From positions 296,170 through 338,354 of the forward strand of contig NMRA01000352.1 of the NCBI GenBank assembly GCA_002633005.1: a stretch of 42,185 nt of DNA, written 5' to 3'. Positions 10,702 to 24,000 of the stretch are shown here, in pieces. The notes beneath the pieces are model-generated. The model saw only the letters and a program-made list of their open reading frames with translations, had not been told where the DNA came from and searched no databases. Numbering within the stretch: the stretch's first letter is position 1; every line of letters starts with the position of its first letter. Made by a program: the position numbers and the translations under genes. This stretch comes from Phoronis australis. Lineage: Eukaryota > Animalia > Phoronida.

Positions 10702-12103
10702 GAGGGGAACGTACATGTATTATAATCCAAAAACTAACTTGAACCAACTCTAGAAGTCAAAACTGTAGGCACTGATTGTGAGGTGGCGACTGTGAAATTT
10801 CCCTGACACTGAAAGCACAGAAACATTTTCCCTGAAGTGTGCAAGAGCTTTGGTGCGTGTCACAAATGTAACATTTTCATGCAGACGACCGAATTAATTT
10901 TCTTTGATGCAAGAGTGTGATGGAAGTAGATTACGTCACCCACGTGGATCAGACTGTTTTCTTTTCATTTTAATTATAAGTAGTACAGAAATGTGAAAAA
11001 TACAACCAAGTAATCTAAATGAAAACGATGTGGACACATTCGTAATTTCAGTCAATTTTTCGATGTTAGCTTCGCCTAATTGACCTATTGCAAGCTCCGC
11101 CGGCCGCCTCCTTGCGAAAAGTCACGTGACACCCGACAAACAAGCAAGATGTCAGAGGCAAATACACAGTCGCTAAACGACGTTCCTGGTGGAATTGGTG
11201 GGCGTTTTTTGCACTTTCCGAAAACACTTTGACAAAGACAGCAGGCGATATTCTTCAGCTGAGAATCGTACGTTCATGACATGGGAATTTGTTAAGCTGC
11301 GATGACGAAAAAAAGTGTTCGAGGAAAAGTATTTCGGAGCCAGCGAAAATCCGAACCCCACACGGGGTTCACCTTCACTTGAAAACTGACAAGGCCACTG
11401 ATCCGATACGTTCATGTAAAGCTGGGTATTTACCTTAAAGTCTAATTATCTGTATGATGCCATAGATTTTAGGATATTTCGAACAAAATCAGTGAAGATT
11501 CGCCGATATCCGGTAGGTCCAGGGCTGTGTCCAAAAGTCAAATTAACGCATGGAATTGGCCGTAATTCAGTGCACCATAAAGACATTTAAGTTAGGCTTC
11601 ATATTTTTTGTTGTTTCATTGCATAAAGGTAGTTTGAATTTAATTTTAAACGTAGCATGATCACTAAGCTGTGGTATGGTAACAAAAGATGACGCGTCTG
11701 GTGTAGTGGCAAAAAGTGGCCATTTAAAAAAAATAACTAAAAATGTTTTTTGAAGTCCTTCTCTCAAACTGCCCATGTGGTTCCAGTATCCGAAAATACT
11801 TACTACATAAATTCTTATTTTTGACACCCTTTCTTTATATTCCTTTCGCCTTTCTTGCCAAAAGCGATTTTTAACAGTAATTGACCCTTCTTTCTGAGCG
11901 TATGATTACCGGTTGTCATCGGTTATTTCCGTACCCACATTTCCGGCTCATCAGTTCAGAAACTTGTCCTGAACGCCGCCATTTTTTCCTTGTAACTGAA
12001 TGTGCTATGGCTTGCTCGAAAAGTCTTCATTATTTTGTTTTATTAGTAATATATCGTGATTCGTTTGCATATGTAGTGTATTTATAGTTTGTAGTTAGTG
12101 GTC

Positions 12104-12162
12104 NNNNNNNNNNNNNNNNNNNNNNNNNNNNNNNNNNNNNNNNNNNNNNNNNNNNNNNNNNN
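12104..12162. other. Assembly gap (59 N)
   Basis: Run of N. Confidence 0.99.
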
Positions 12163-13149
12163 NCCCCCCATTCTTTTAGGCTTGGTGCGCTCATACAAAG
12201 TCTGGGAAAATCTCTATTGAAAGCCAACAACTTTGCACAGTTCGCCAGAAGTACCCAAGTTCTAAATAAACCTCGTTTGAGAGAGCGCTGTGGCCAGCGA
12301 CCAGTTAGGCCTAAGAGTAGCCTTGGCGCAAAGCTGTATAGGCCAACTAACAAGCTGTATTTTGGCGATAGTCTTCACTGGTAGCTGGTGACTGAGGCTA
12401 ACTGAGGTCTGCCGCGGCAGTGTGACACAGGACTAACCAGCCCGTTATTTCATGCAAGTGTCTGAAACTACCCTTGAATATATGCAGCATTTATGATTTG
12501 ACCATTTTACTTCAACAAAACAGCTTGCAACCGCATGCATTTACCGTTCGCCAGTGTCTGGTCTCGATCCGCACCGGGTCCAATAGGCTGCGGCCCCGAG
12601 TCTGGCAAAATAAATTCTGTAAAAATTTATTCGCCACATTTCTTCAGCAATTTTCTTTTTTCGAGTATGGATCGTGTATTAGTTATGGGGTAGGTACTTC
12701 TTGGATCCTTATAACATCTTCTATCCATGTAATAAGGGTTAACAACGCGTGAGAGAAGGACTTTAAAGCTTCATAAATCCACGTACCGTGTTTGAACAAC
12801 TACAAAATGAGCTCTCCTTAACTCTTCAGGCTTATACTAGAAGTTCTCATGAAAAAGTAATTCAACTGTTTATTGTTTGTGACAACAGCTCGAACGAAGC
12901 TTTGAGTTCAGTAATTTAGTGCCCTCCCAGCATGTGCCGATCGAATCTATCAATTTTAGTGAGAAGTTCACGCCAGCCTACGGGTATATGAATAACAAAA
13001 ACTGTACCTGTGCTACGAAACAGAGCGATGCCCATTATAGGTCGAAATAAATGAAAAATAATAAAAAATGTCCTTAAAAACAACTTTCCGGGAACTACCG
13101 CTAGACTAGTGCTGGGTCCAGCTGGATGCCGAGACAGAGGCCCCCACAC

Positions 13150-13600
13150 GAGTGAAATTCCGGAGTCAAAATCAGATAGGCCTACAGTATAGCCACCAAA
13201 CTGAAAAGTACGTATCATGGAATAAATATATTTGTGTTAAAACTTCGAGTAATCCAGCAACATTGTTAAGTTTAGCTGCTCGTGTCGTGTGCCGGCCGTT
13301 CACAGTTTGATCCATCGTTTACTCAGTCGACAGTTTTCGCCTTAGAGAATGCCCAAAAATGACAGGATATTCTTCTCTAGCCGTATAACGGCAGTCAGAA
13401 CTACACACGCCATATCAATACCGTTTCATCATTTTTATCGCACAATTTTTTGAGCTAAAGACTAAAATAAGATTTATCGACAACGACATTTTTGTCGGGT
13501 AAAATGGCGGCTTGGAAACGCAGACGAAGTTGTGTCGAGAATGCTGCGTTCTGATTGGTTAATTAAGCCGTCAGTCATAAGCCCGGCGATAGATCAATTG
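13150..13600 (-). mobile_element. Decayed THAP-domain gene start of a DNA transposon (Harbinger- or P-type)
   Basis: From 13432 on minus: MMKRY*YGVCSSDCRY...VIF, then frameshifted AFSKAKT, KRWIKL* and RHEQLN, matching the THAP pattern M.KRC..G.C.SD.RY..F.PFPKP..RWI..C.RP..QLN; interrupted by stops. Confidence 0.55.
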
Positions 13601-15025
13601 AGAGGCGACCACCCAAAAATCGAAATGCGAACGCTGGACGATTATTTCACTGCAGCAGGGATGGACACAAGAATGAAGAGAAAATGAGTAAGCAATACCT
13701 CCAAAGTGAAATAAATAAACTTATCCCCGACGGAGCTGGTGAGCCGAGTCACTTAAAAATCAGGTAACAACTCCTAGGATCTGTGTGTGGACTTTTTCAG
13801 TCCTTTTCTGCATTGCTAATATTTATTTTTCTGGCCTCTTTCCACCTAAATGACTAGCAACCGCCACTATACTTTAAGCCTATTTGTCCTAAAATAAAAA
13901 TGTTACCTATACCAAGTAGCCAAAAAGAACGGTTTCGTTCCAAGAGAAAGTGGACAAATATTATAGAATTTAAATATTATTGGTTTTTATTGTTATACAA
14001 TGTTTCATATTAGGCCTATACCAATGCAAAATGTTTCACGAATACGAAACATTCGGTTTCACTTGGATTGTAACGTCTCGTGTTTATTTTTCAAGTAATA
14101 ACATCTAGATGGATGACGAACTTTCAGTGGGGCGACCGTTATTCCACCCTCCTTGAAATCTAGGTGGATCTGCCACGGGAACAAATTTCCAACTTCGATT
14201 CAAAGAATTCACTAAACAGAATCTAGTCGAAGCCGCCGCTCAGTACGTGTTACAGACCAAGTAGACCTCCGCTAACGCAATATCAAACTTGCATCTGCCC
14301 TCAGGTCAGCGAAATCAGAGCAGGTGACTTCGAGTGTCAGACTGCGGTTTATACTATATTGAAAAAGGTCACTATAGCTTTTTTACGAACGACCAGTACT
14401 TCGCAAGCATGTACTCGGGTACATAAGCCTACTATCTTATCCTAGTGAAATGGTGGTCACGAGTCTTGCTCAGTTACATACGCCGTGACTCGGGGTCTTG
14501 TGTCCTCCGATCTGCTGGTAGCAATGAAACGTTGTAGGTACGTGTGTTATGTGGACTCTCGGATGAACCGGGAAAGTTGCTCTAGAGCAAGTTCCAGAGT
14601 AAATTGTTCTAAGGTTGCTCGAAGTGTCGACATGGCTTTTGTTCGTGCTTCGTATGTCACAAAAGTCTATTTAGGCACATTGTTAATCTACATGTATCTT
14701 GGAAAATAGTAAATATCTTCTAGTACAAATGAAACTGATATAAACTCGAAGTACGTAGACTCGCCTGTTATCCGAGGGGCAACATGGAGCACGGTCACGT
14801 CCCTGAGCGCAACGAAAGCGGAATTCAGAATCGTATCCGACATCACTAATTTGTGTCTTCAATTCCCTGTGTTACGGTATTGAAAGTTCCTGGCAATGGG
14901 GAAAACCCAAGTAAACACGCCCGCTAGTTGTCACTGCAGTTCTTGAAGCAATGTTCGCCAATGGATTTCGCCAGGGGAGAAATGTATGCTCATTGTTGTC
15001 GCCCTCTCTACGACATCTAGGGTTA

Positions 15026-15438
15026 CCGAACGACACAGCTTGTGAAACAGTCATAGACTCGATCAGCTCATCAATTAAAAAAGAACACGGCTAACGGACC
15101 GCTAAGCACGACTCACCTAGCCCCGAAAATGGGATCGGACTCCGGGACAAAACAAGTCATATAATATGTCTCAAAGTTATCCGGATTAGCAGTCACAAAC
15201 ACGGCTCCCTGACCCTCAACGCGCGGTACACATACATGGAGAGGACGCTTTCGATCGTAGTGCCTCTGGAGTACGTCCGAGGACGTGTTTGTTCAGTGGG
15301 TGCGTGACTTTTGCTTTGCGAGTAAAACATCGCTTTTGGCGGTCGTTGTGAGCCGTGTGTCGCAGTTGATGAGTCGTGTTTGTGAGTCGGTAAACTGAGT
15401 TTGTTTCTCAGGTTCGTGCGACAGCTGTTTTGTTAGGG
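15026..15438. mobile_element. Degenerate MITE with imperfect TIRs flanked by TA (EnSpm/CACTA-like CCC.. ends)
   Basis: Left TA|CCGAACGACACAGCT...CTCATCAA..ACACGGCT mirrors right AGCCGTGT..TTGATGAG...AGCTGTTTTGTTAGGG|TA. Confidence 0.45.
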
Positions 15439-17066
15439 TAGCCTGACACCCATCAACCAATCCCGTTACGCTTATTGTTCTCTATTATGCTATTCTGTTG
15501 ACAACATAGTCAGCCACTGTGACTCGATTTGACTATAGAAATGGATATGTACAGTCACATCACATTTTGAAAAATTTTGCATGTCTTGGATTTTTCCCGA
15601 TTCAGGTAACGGGCACGACGACTTGTCACTTGATTTTTTTACAAAATTATGTCTGGGTTACTCGGTGTGCTCCGACAGCCGTCGCACCCATTATATGCTC
15701 CGAGGGGTGTTGAGAAGGAATAAGATTGACCAAGTCCATAACCTTGAAATAATTTTGCGCGTCCTTAGTAATTTGTAGGGATACATAAATGTAGTCTAAT
15801 CATTATTATTGTTTTTAAATTTGGCATTTTTAAAATTTCATTTAAGTGACTAAGTCTAAAACGCCAAAATAATGCCATACTAAACAAGCGAACTGGTGTC
15901 TAGTTTCCATTTTCAGTTTCAGCCTACATTCATTTATCCAAAAAACATATCCTTTATGGAATACAAAGGTAGTATTTTCCTAAATGCTAGATCACTGCTG
16001 AATTGGGCGGAAACCGTAAATACTGCGCCATTCCCCACACAGACAATACAGTGCTTGGTAAAATTAGTGAGAAACATGAGAGAAGACCAACAAATTTTTT
16101 GGAAATGTGTTGTGATTGTGTATTTCTTTTCCTGTTTGTGGGTCCACTAAAATCACGTCATATTGGAAGCAGACACGCCATCACTAAGAGCATTTACTAG
16201 GCTCATGCGCTTTCAGTCGAAGATGGGTCTTTTTCTGAGCACGCGTTTACACACGAACCAATGAGTAAAGCCATGATTGAATTAATGCTCTGGGGATATT
16301 GTATCATTAAAAAATACCCAGGTTGTTCTTTGGCTCTCTGGATGAAATAAAGATTCTTGCCAATGATATACGCTTGCTCAGTAAGTCCAGACATTCTGTT
16401 TGTGTACGTGGGTATTCTTGTAGAATAGTCCACGCCTACACTTGTGTTTGGTTTTCAGTTAGAAATTATAGGCTGGTGCTGCCGTCTATTGGTAGTTAAC
16501 AAAAAAATTTCACCCCTAAAAGGCGTACCCGAAAGATCGCTTCAGAAAGAAATTTGCATGAACCGGATTTTAGTAAGCGTTTAGTGATCATTAAAAAAAT
16601 TCTGCTCATGCAGTCGGATGTCTAAATTCAATCGTGCCTTTTTACCCAGTAATTCGAGCTTTTAAACTGAGATGTAACTTTTGCGTTTGCGACGATGAAG
16701 ATTCTACGGGTTCAAAAAACTCATTGCTCATTCTCATTTTTGTTGATAGAATGACAAAACATGTTTCCACCATCGATTTAACATTATTCTTGCACATGGC
16801 GTGCATTTACGCGTAGCCTTAAAAAAGTAAATTGTTTCCGAAAGAAAACCTCATTTCCATCGTGTGTTTTCAAGAAAAAATAGTCGCTCTGGGTGATCTT
16901 TCTGACATTATTTGAACTTAATTCAGGCTTTGGTTTAATGAAAATCGAAAACTAAATAACTTTAAACACAAAACGATCAGCTGACATTATGCGGAAGGTG
17001 TGAAATCTGCGAGCCAAAGTGTAGTCACTTTTTGGAATATCGGCCCTTCGGACTCTTGGTACTCCG

Positions 17067-17319
17067 GCTGGCTTGGAATGACCAGTGACAAAAAAGAGGA
17101 AAATGTCCATGTAATGTATCGTTCCACAAATAAATAGGCTTGTGTGACAGAAATACTTTTTGTGTTGTAAAATTTAACTGAAATAAACGTTTTTGCGTGA
17201 ATAAAGTCAAAATAAAGATCGGATAAAGGAGACTAAAAAAGGAAACTGGAAATCAAATAAAAGAAAATCGAAACCAGAAAAGAGGAAATCCTCTTAAAAG
17301 AGGAAAACTCCAAGTCCTG
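17067..17319 (+). mobile_element. hAT-like MITE (CAGGGCTTGG family), copy 1
   Basis: GGCTTGGAATGACCA.TGACAAAAAA start shared with the element at 22266, end CCAAGTCCTG; body homologous in reverse to 35422-35648. Confidence 0.65.
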
Positions 17320-17405
17320 ATAACCTACGCGAATCTTGAGAAATTGGCGTACGTCTGATGTGTTTTACTTCCAAGAGAAAATAGGAAAAAACGAGTCACA
17401 CAACA

Positions 17406-18912
17406 CAGGCCCGTTGCCCGGGGAGGTGGTTCGGGAGGCTCAATCGAACCCTCCGCGGAAAAAGTCCAGCCCCAGCTTATCCGTTAAAGCTAGGATAGAG
17501 AGACAACAACACCAAGAAAATTGTTGCAGTTACTGATTCTACTAACTATAAAATTAGTAGTTATTTTAAATTTGCTTCTGATTGAAAGCGCTTCATGTAA
17601 TCGTCGGGCCGTACCCGTCCCAACATCGTCCGAGTGGTGTTTGCGCAGATGACAGGATCGTGCAGACGATTAGAGGATGTTTCACGTAAGTCATTGGCAT
17701 TGAACGTGCGTGGTTCCTACAGCATTATCGCCGATATCATCGTAGGCCAAATGGGTAAACGTTACGCCATTAAATCACGTGAGTAAGTTAATTCTTGCTT
17801 GAGGTGTACAGTATTTGCGGCGTAAAGTAATTACTTATACGGCGTAAAGCAATTAGTTATGACGTAAACTAATTATTTGCGGCATAAAGTAATTATTGGG
17901 GGAGTAAAGTAATTATTTACCAGCTAAAGTAATCATTACAATAAGGCGTAAAGTAATTACGCTAAAAGTTACTTTACGGCGCAAATAATTACTTTATGCC
18001 GTGAAGTTACTTTAAGTCGCAAATAATTACTTTACGCCGTAAAAAGTTACGTTACACTCCAACTAAGTACTCTACGTTGCAAGTAACTGCTTTACGCCGT
18101 AAGTAATTACTTTACACCTCAAATAATTTCCTTACTCCGCAAATAATTAGTTTACGCCGCAAATAAGTACTTTACGCATATAGCAAGAATCATTTTACGC
18201 ACGTAATTTAACGGCGTAACGTTCACCCATTTGGTCAACGAAACACCATAAGGTAAAAAGGGAGTCTAGAGGTAAATGTCTATAACTAGATAGGCTATAA
18301 AGTAGCGAAATAGCTCCTAAAAAGTAGTGTGGTGTGAATGCCTTAAAATCGATCAAGAAACAAAACAGCAGAAAATATGTATCTCCTATTTTGGTATACT
18401 TGATAGCATAGGCATTTTCAAATTTCGAATTGAAGGTGATCGTCAAATGATTGTTGTTCATCCAGTGGCTACTTAAATTGTGGATTAACATGCATGCTCA
18501 TCTTTTAAATCCATTCACTCTGACAGTAAGTTCACTATAGGCAGTCCTCGGTATTCAAAAACCAGCCATTTAACTACCGTGTGTTCCTGCACAGAGAAAG
18601 CTCCGACGAGCATGCTCACAATACTAGGGAAAAGTAGGTCAATCATTTGAGCACGCCCGTTTGGTGGAAGGTAACGCGACCATATTACATATCCGAATTT
18701 GTGTCCTTTACGAGCATCTTCATTTCCGTATCATCTCAGGAACATAGATCTGAGAGTCATCGTCGTGTATACAGATTTCCCTTCCCCCCTCATTAAGCTG
18801 AGACAACAAGGGCCTTACTGAAAACTCTACAGTGTCGACTTTTGCAAAATATCAAAGGTCCATTGTTCTAGAAATTCGAACCACTTTCCGCGCAGTGCTG
18901 GCTACGGGCCTG
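17406..18912. mobile_element. Non-autonomous hAT-like element with a nested foldback
   Basis: TIRs CAGGCCCGTTGCC / GGCTACGGGCCTG; subterminal AAAGGTCCA motif shared with the element at 34276; no TSD recognised, so pairing of the two ends is uncertain. Confidence 0.45.
17740..18241. repeat. Foldback element: about 50-bp imperfect TIRs plus mirrored arrays of an approximately 20-bp unit
   Basis: TCGTAGGCCAAATGGGTAAACGTTACGCC vs GGCGTAACGTTCACCCATTTGGTCAACGA; GGCGTAAAGTAATTATTTGC units on the left half and GCAAATAATTACTTTACGCC on the right. Confidence 0.85.
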
Positions 18913-19047
18913 CAGTGATAACTGAGTACAAGTCCATGTTTTCAAAAATGACCATCATACGTTTGAAACTGCAGTGGATCACGATTGGCATGAAAATAAG
19001 TTGAACATGAGATTAGAGCGCTTATTAAATTTCAGTACCCAAGTGTC

Positions 19048-19108
19048 ATTATTGTTATTGATATTGTTATTATTATTATTGATATTATTATTATCATCAT
19101 TATTATTA
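19048..19108. repeat. Degenerate (ATT)n microsatellite
   Basis: ATT/GTT/ATC triplets that produce the poly-Leu and poly-Ile spurious ORFs. Confidence 0.85.
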
Positions 19109-20764
19109 TACCATAATTATCATCAAATGTTATTTCTTCATTTGCAAACTTTCTTAATTCAAATTCCAAACAGGTTACTTCAACTGATGCTCCAAACCTC
19201 AGCTTCCCACGTCCAACCGGCAAAATCGGGTGTTCTAAGTCAATGATGAGGGACACCACAGTTTCTGGCTGTAAAAACCAAATTTGTTATCATGGCAAGG
19301 GAAATTTTGGTACAGATTTTTCAATTATTTCAATAATCATGTGAAAAGGAATGGAATGTACATATAAAATTTCAGACTAGGCATCCTCATTTTCAGGTAA
19401 ACTGAACCATTACACGCACCATCCATTTGTTATACCACTGCGACTATTATCTGGGTATTAAGGCCCATGTTCGTTCAGTGGTGGCGCTAAAATAATTATC
19501 TTACACGTTCAGCCCATGATATGCAAAAAACAGCAGCTTGGATACCTTGAAAATTCTCCCAGGGCTTCCAGCAAAGCCAAGATAGTACGCAGCACAACCT
19601 ATTGAACACAACATAAATCATGCTACATGTATAAGATCGAGATATTCACCAAATAATTCTGTGATTGCTCAGCCCGTGTCTAGGTCTCAAAAATGAACAG
19701 TTCACCCAGATAACATAAAGAAGTAGTGGCTGCAGATATGTTCAAACTTTTATTAAAAAAATAAGTCAAGATTCTCAACAATAAATATAAATAACAAAGA
19801 CTCAATGAGAGTACTATAAGCCAACTCTAACTTCTGATTTAGAACAGTTTTCACACCAGCTATACCCAAAATTAGGTAGGAGACCTGCCATCTGTTTGAA
19901 TTCCATCAATTTTTTTCTTCGCATTTGCAACAGAACGAAGCAAATGTCTATGTTTTGTGCTTTCTCGGGTTTTTATTTCTGGTTGACGCCCACTGAATGC
20001 ATAAATAATTATTACCCATCTCCCCATTTTTCCACCAGCTGCACTTAATGAGGAATACAAGCCCATATTTTACATACACTGAGTAGAACTTACAAAATGC
20101 TAAAAATAAACTACCGATAAAAAAATTCCACCACCAACAGTCCTACCAGGAATTTTCAAGGAGTTTCAGGTGAACCCTTGACCAAATTGAGCAGCGGTTC
20201 TTTCAGTGGTTGCAATTTTTTTGTCGGTGGCTGAAGGTCACGGAATTGGGTCATCTTAAACTACCTTTGTTTCCTCTGCCTACCCTCACACAGTCAATAG
20301 GAAGATATTTCATTCTCCACTTCTCAATGTAAAGATACACTCGAAAATGTTTTGACTTTGGTCAGTAGGTAAAATATTAATTTAGGCCTAATCTTACCAA
20401 AATTTGTAGTACCTATATATTGACGAAGAAACTTAATTCTTGATTTGCAATAAAAATGGTGTCAACTTGTTCCTTTCTCAGATGAGAAGTGATTTTTGGT
20501 CGGGCAAAGAACTGACAAATTGTTATTGCTCAATACAATGCTTGGCCAATAAAATAACACACCACAACTAAATGAGCTTGAAGGGTTGGACTGCTCTCAA
20601 GCAATAGCGAACTGTTAGTTATTCTAAGCCCAAATATAACGTCTATTTTGACTTATGAATAATTTGAGATCAATTTCATAACAGCAAGTGGTTTAAATCA
20701 AAAGTTGATCTGATGTTGTTATAGCTGCTTTCATGCTTCGAACATGATGAAGGTCTTGTTTGAT

Positions 20765-21016
20765 TTATACCGAAATATGTGCATAAGGATCGTTCACAGT
20801 GGTCTTTGTCTTATAAACGCCCGGAGGGTGACACTTGGCGACCAGCTCTTGTATTCCAGGCACCTCATCACCAATGAAATTTTCATCCGATTGCTGTAAA
20901 TTCTTTGTCAACCGATCGGTGGCAGGACGAAGAGAGATGATGAACCAGCCAAGTAATGCACCTGCAGCACGGACTGCGTTCAGCGCCCTCCATTGACTGA
21001 GAATGGTGGTGGTGGT
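20765..21016 (-). CDS. TMEM237: TMEM237 last coding exon
   Basis: Acceptor ctttattgcAG, TTTTILSQWRALN...YAHISV-stop, 252 nt. Confidence 0.9.
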   Translation of the reverse strand, partial: TTTTILSQWRALNAVRAAGALLGWFIISLRPATDRLTKNLQQSDENFIGDEVPGIQELVAKCHPPGVYKTKTTVNDPYAHISV

Positions 21017-24000
21017 CTGCAATAAAGATAAGCAGATGTAAGAGGTGTAATTTGCTTTTACTTGTGATGGCCTCTGTAACTTGATTGGAACTCAATGTTT
21101 GAACTCTCGAGCAGCAAAAAATACAAGACCTAATGTTAAAAAGTGCCTAATCTCACAAAATTGTCATTAGATAACAGGTTAGAGTTCAGAACCGCTTGTT
21201 GCTTTTGAAAGAATTGCAAAGTTTGATAAACATCAACCAAAGCAAAGCACATAAAATTGCCACAACAGGGGAGTGTTAAAAAATCGGACTGCTAGACAGG
21301 CAGACAATGCCATATCCTGTCTACAGGCAAAGATGAAAATTGTCACTAAAACCGCCAGAGTAGATTGCAAAATAGGCTAGACATGCTTTTAAAAAACTAT
21401 CTCAACTCTCTATCAGACTCTGCTCAACCTGGATCGTCTTCTTGCCAAACGTATTAGGCAGTTTAGCTGTCAGAGCTTTAGTCACAATAACATAGCATTT
21501 TTCTCAACCTTTAATTAGAGTTCAATGTAACAATATTGCTTCTGCTACTTGTATTTTGTAACTGGATGTGAGAGGCATGTTGTCATGATTTCGACAAAAT
21601 GCTTGAAGCAACACGTGAGATTTTGTCAAGATTTAGTCAGAATTAAAATGTGTTCTAGTCAAAAAGAAATGGATATTTAATTGCCATTTTGTGTGTTGAA
21701 ACTGCACCAACTTTCAACCTTATCCAGTTTTATTTTGGAAATTACTGTACTTATAGTTACGGTACTTTCATTTTACACCAATATTTGTGAAGAATTATGT
21801 GGAACTCAACACCCAGCAACTGAGTACATACTTTGCAAAAGTTCAGTTATGAGTATAAACCTTTTCAAATTCACACCCCTAGTTCTCTTACAGCCTAGTT
21901 CTACTCACCCCTGAATCTGACCACAGGTCAGTGTCCAGTGTGGTATTCCTGTGGTCACCCAGTCGGTCATCCCAGACCTGTATACTATTATTGACCACTA
22001 GACACAGAAAGTAGATGACCACCACTATAGCACCCGACTGGAATGTAACGCAGCGCAGAAAAAAACGCTTGTTTGGATACGCAATATCATACCTAGGGTA
22101 AACAAAATGTAATGTAAGTAAACGCATTGTTTATGCACAGACAAATTTATAAAAATAAAGTTAATGACACATATTCGACTGAATACAGCTTCATTTCACT
22201 ATATAAAGCAATGGAAAAAAGAAATCTGTGCGGCAATTTTCCTCTGTGCCTAATCAGGGCTTAATCAGGGCTTGGAATGACCAATGACAAAAAACGAGGA
22301 AACTTTGAAACTTTTACGGCCTAAATCTTGCCCGATAACCAACCTTGAAATGGTCAGTGTGAACCTTTCCCCACAAAAATCGGGAGGACTAAAAAAAAAA
22401 AAAAAACGTTACCACCATCAGTAGCATGCATCTGCGTCCTTTCAGCTCGCCCGTCCACTCCCAACCCACACATTTTTGGCTGCAGAGCGGTAGTATTTGT
22501 CGCCGCGCTTAACAATAACACGAGACGCTATTGAATATCTCCCACCACGCTGTCCCAGATGCCCCGGCAATGTTGACAATTTACGTTCCTCCGAAACATA
22601 AAGAGCAACTTCCGCTTTTCGAGGTGAACGTCGTCTGCAACGCCGCGGTAAGAAAGGAATTTGCCGCGGAAATTTTATATCAAATCCGATTTTTTTACGC
22701 GGAAATATTATAAAAAAAGCGGAAAGCACATTTGAAAAAAGCGGAAATCCGCGTTTCCGCGGAAAATTCCAAGCCCTGCTAATAAATTTGATGGCAGTGA
22801 GAAAAGATTGCAATCGTATTTTCTGATAACTGCCGTTCTGAAACAGTAGTTCTATCTTGGCATGCCTCACCTGTCAAAGACCGACACCGTGCAGACGACA
22901 CACAGGAAGTGGTAAACAGCTTCATAAGGAAGAGCCAGGGGGCGGTAGTGCAGAATGAAATCGGTGTCTGAGAAACTGGACAGTAAAAACACAACCACGG
23001 TTTGAGCAACACTTAGACCTGAAAAGGGAAGTTATTTACAGTAAATGAAGCAGAAGTTGGAATTCAAAATATCTTCCCATTAAACAACGAAAGTCCTTAT
23101 TAGACATGAGCTCCAGCTACAACCCTGTCTCTGATATCTCAAAGATGACTATTCGGTGACCTAATTTCTGATTACGTACCCAGTTTGTTCTTCTCAAGCA
23201 TTGAAATCCCCTGAACTTTGACTAAACAGAACAGTTTGAGTCCAACTTCATAACAATGACTGAACTAAATCAAAAACCGGACGATCGCCACACAAGTAAA
23301 AAAGTTCATGTTCAATTCAACGTTTCGTCTTTTCATTAGACATCATCAGGATCATATTTACAACAATTTAGGACAAGAAGTGCCAACATACAGCTCAGGT
23401 AACATCCATAAAGTGAAATGAGAGATACGGGGAATATAGTCTGCATGTTATTCAGAGAATCAGTGGCATGCTGGTTCTGAATGGCCAATGACTCTTTAAT
23501 GTACAGTAACTCCTTATTAGGTTGTCTGCAGATAATACTAACAGAGTTGGTTTTAGTGATTTTTGCTATCATAATGCCTATATATGTTACTTTTTTCTGA
23601 GGTGTGTTGTTCTTTCAACCTGTCACAGAGGCGTCTCTGTGTAAGTCCGATATAAAATTCCTTATGCCTCTGTGACAGCTCTTGGTCATATTGCTGTAAT
23701 CAAAATGGTACTAAGGACAAGTCTTACTTCACACAAGTTTTAAAAGAAGATGGAAAACAAATACAGTAAACCCGCCAAATTACGTCCAAGAAGCAAACTT
23801 ACGACTCAAACCGCTTACACCTATAAAATTGACCTTGAGTTATTCCTTATTCACACCAAAAATGATTTTTGGTTTTGGAAAGAACTGACAGTTCATTATA
23901 CCTCGAGACCATGAAGAGTCACGAGCCAGCATGTAGAACCTGGTCTCCAGCAACAACAAGCCATCATTTCTTTTGAAGTCCTGAAATCACTTCAAATTTG

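Noticed and set aside
16217-16380. Plus-strand exon candidate (tttcAG ... GTAAGT)
   Set aside because: All three frames contain stops
17810-18180. CRISPR-like repeat array
   Set aside because: Eukaryotic context, no unique spacers and no cas genes; it is a mirrored minisatellite
22442-22870. 142-aa ORF (longest in the track)
   Set aside because: Runs from an intron donor through a MITE; intronic in TMEM237
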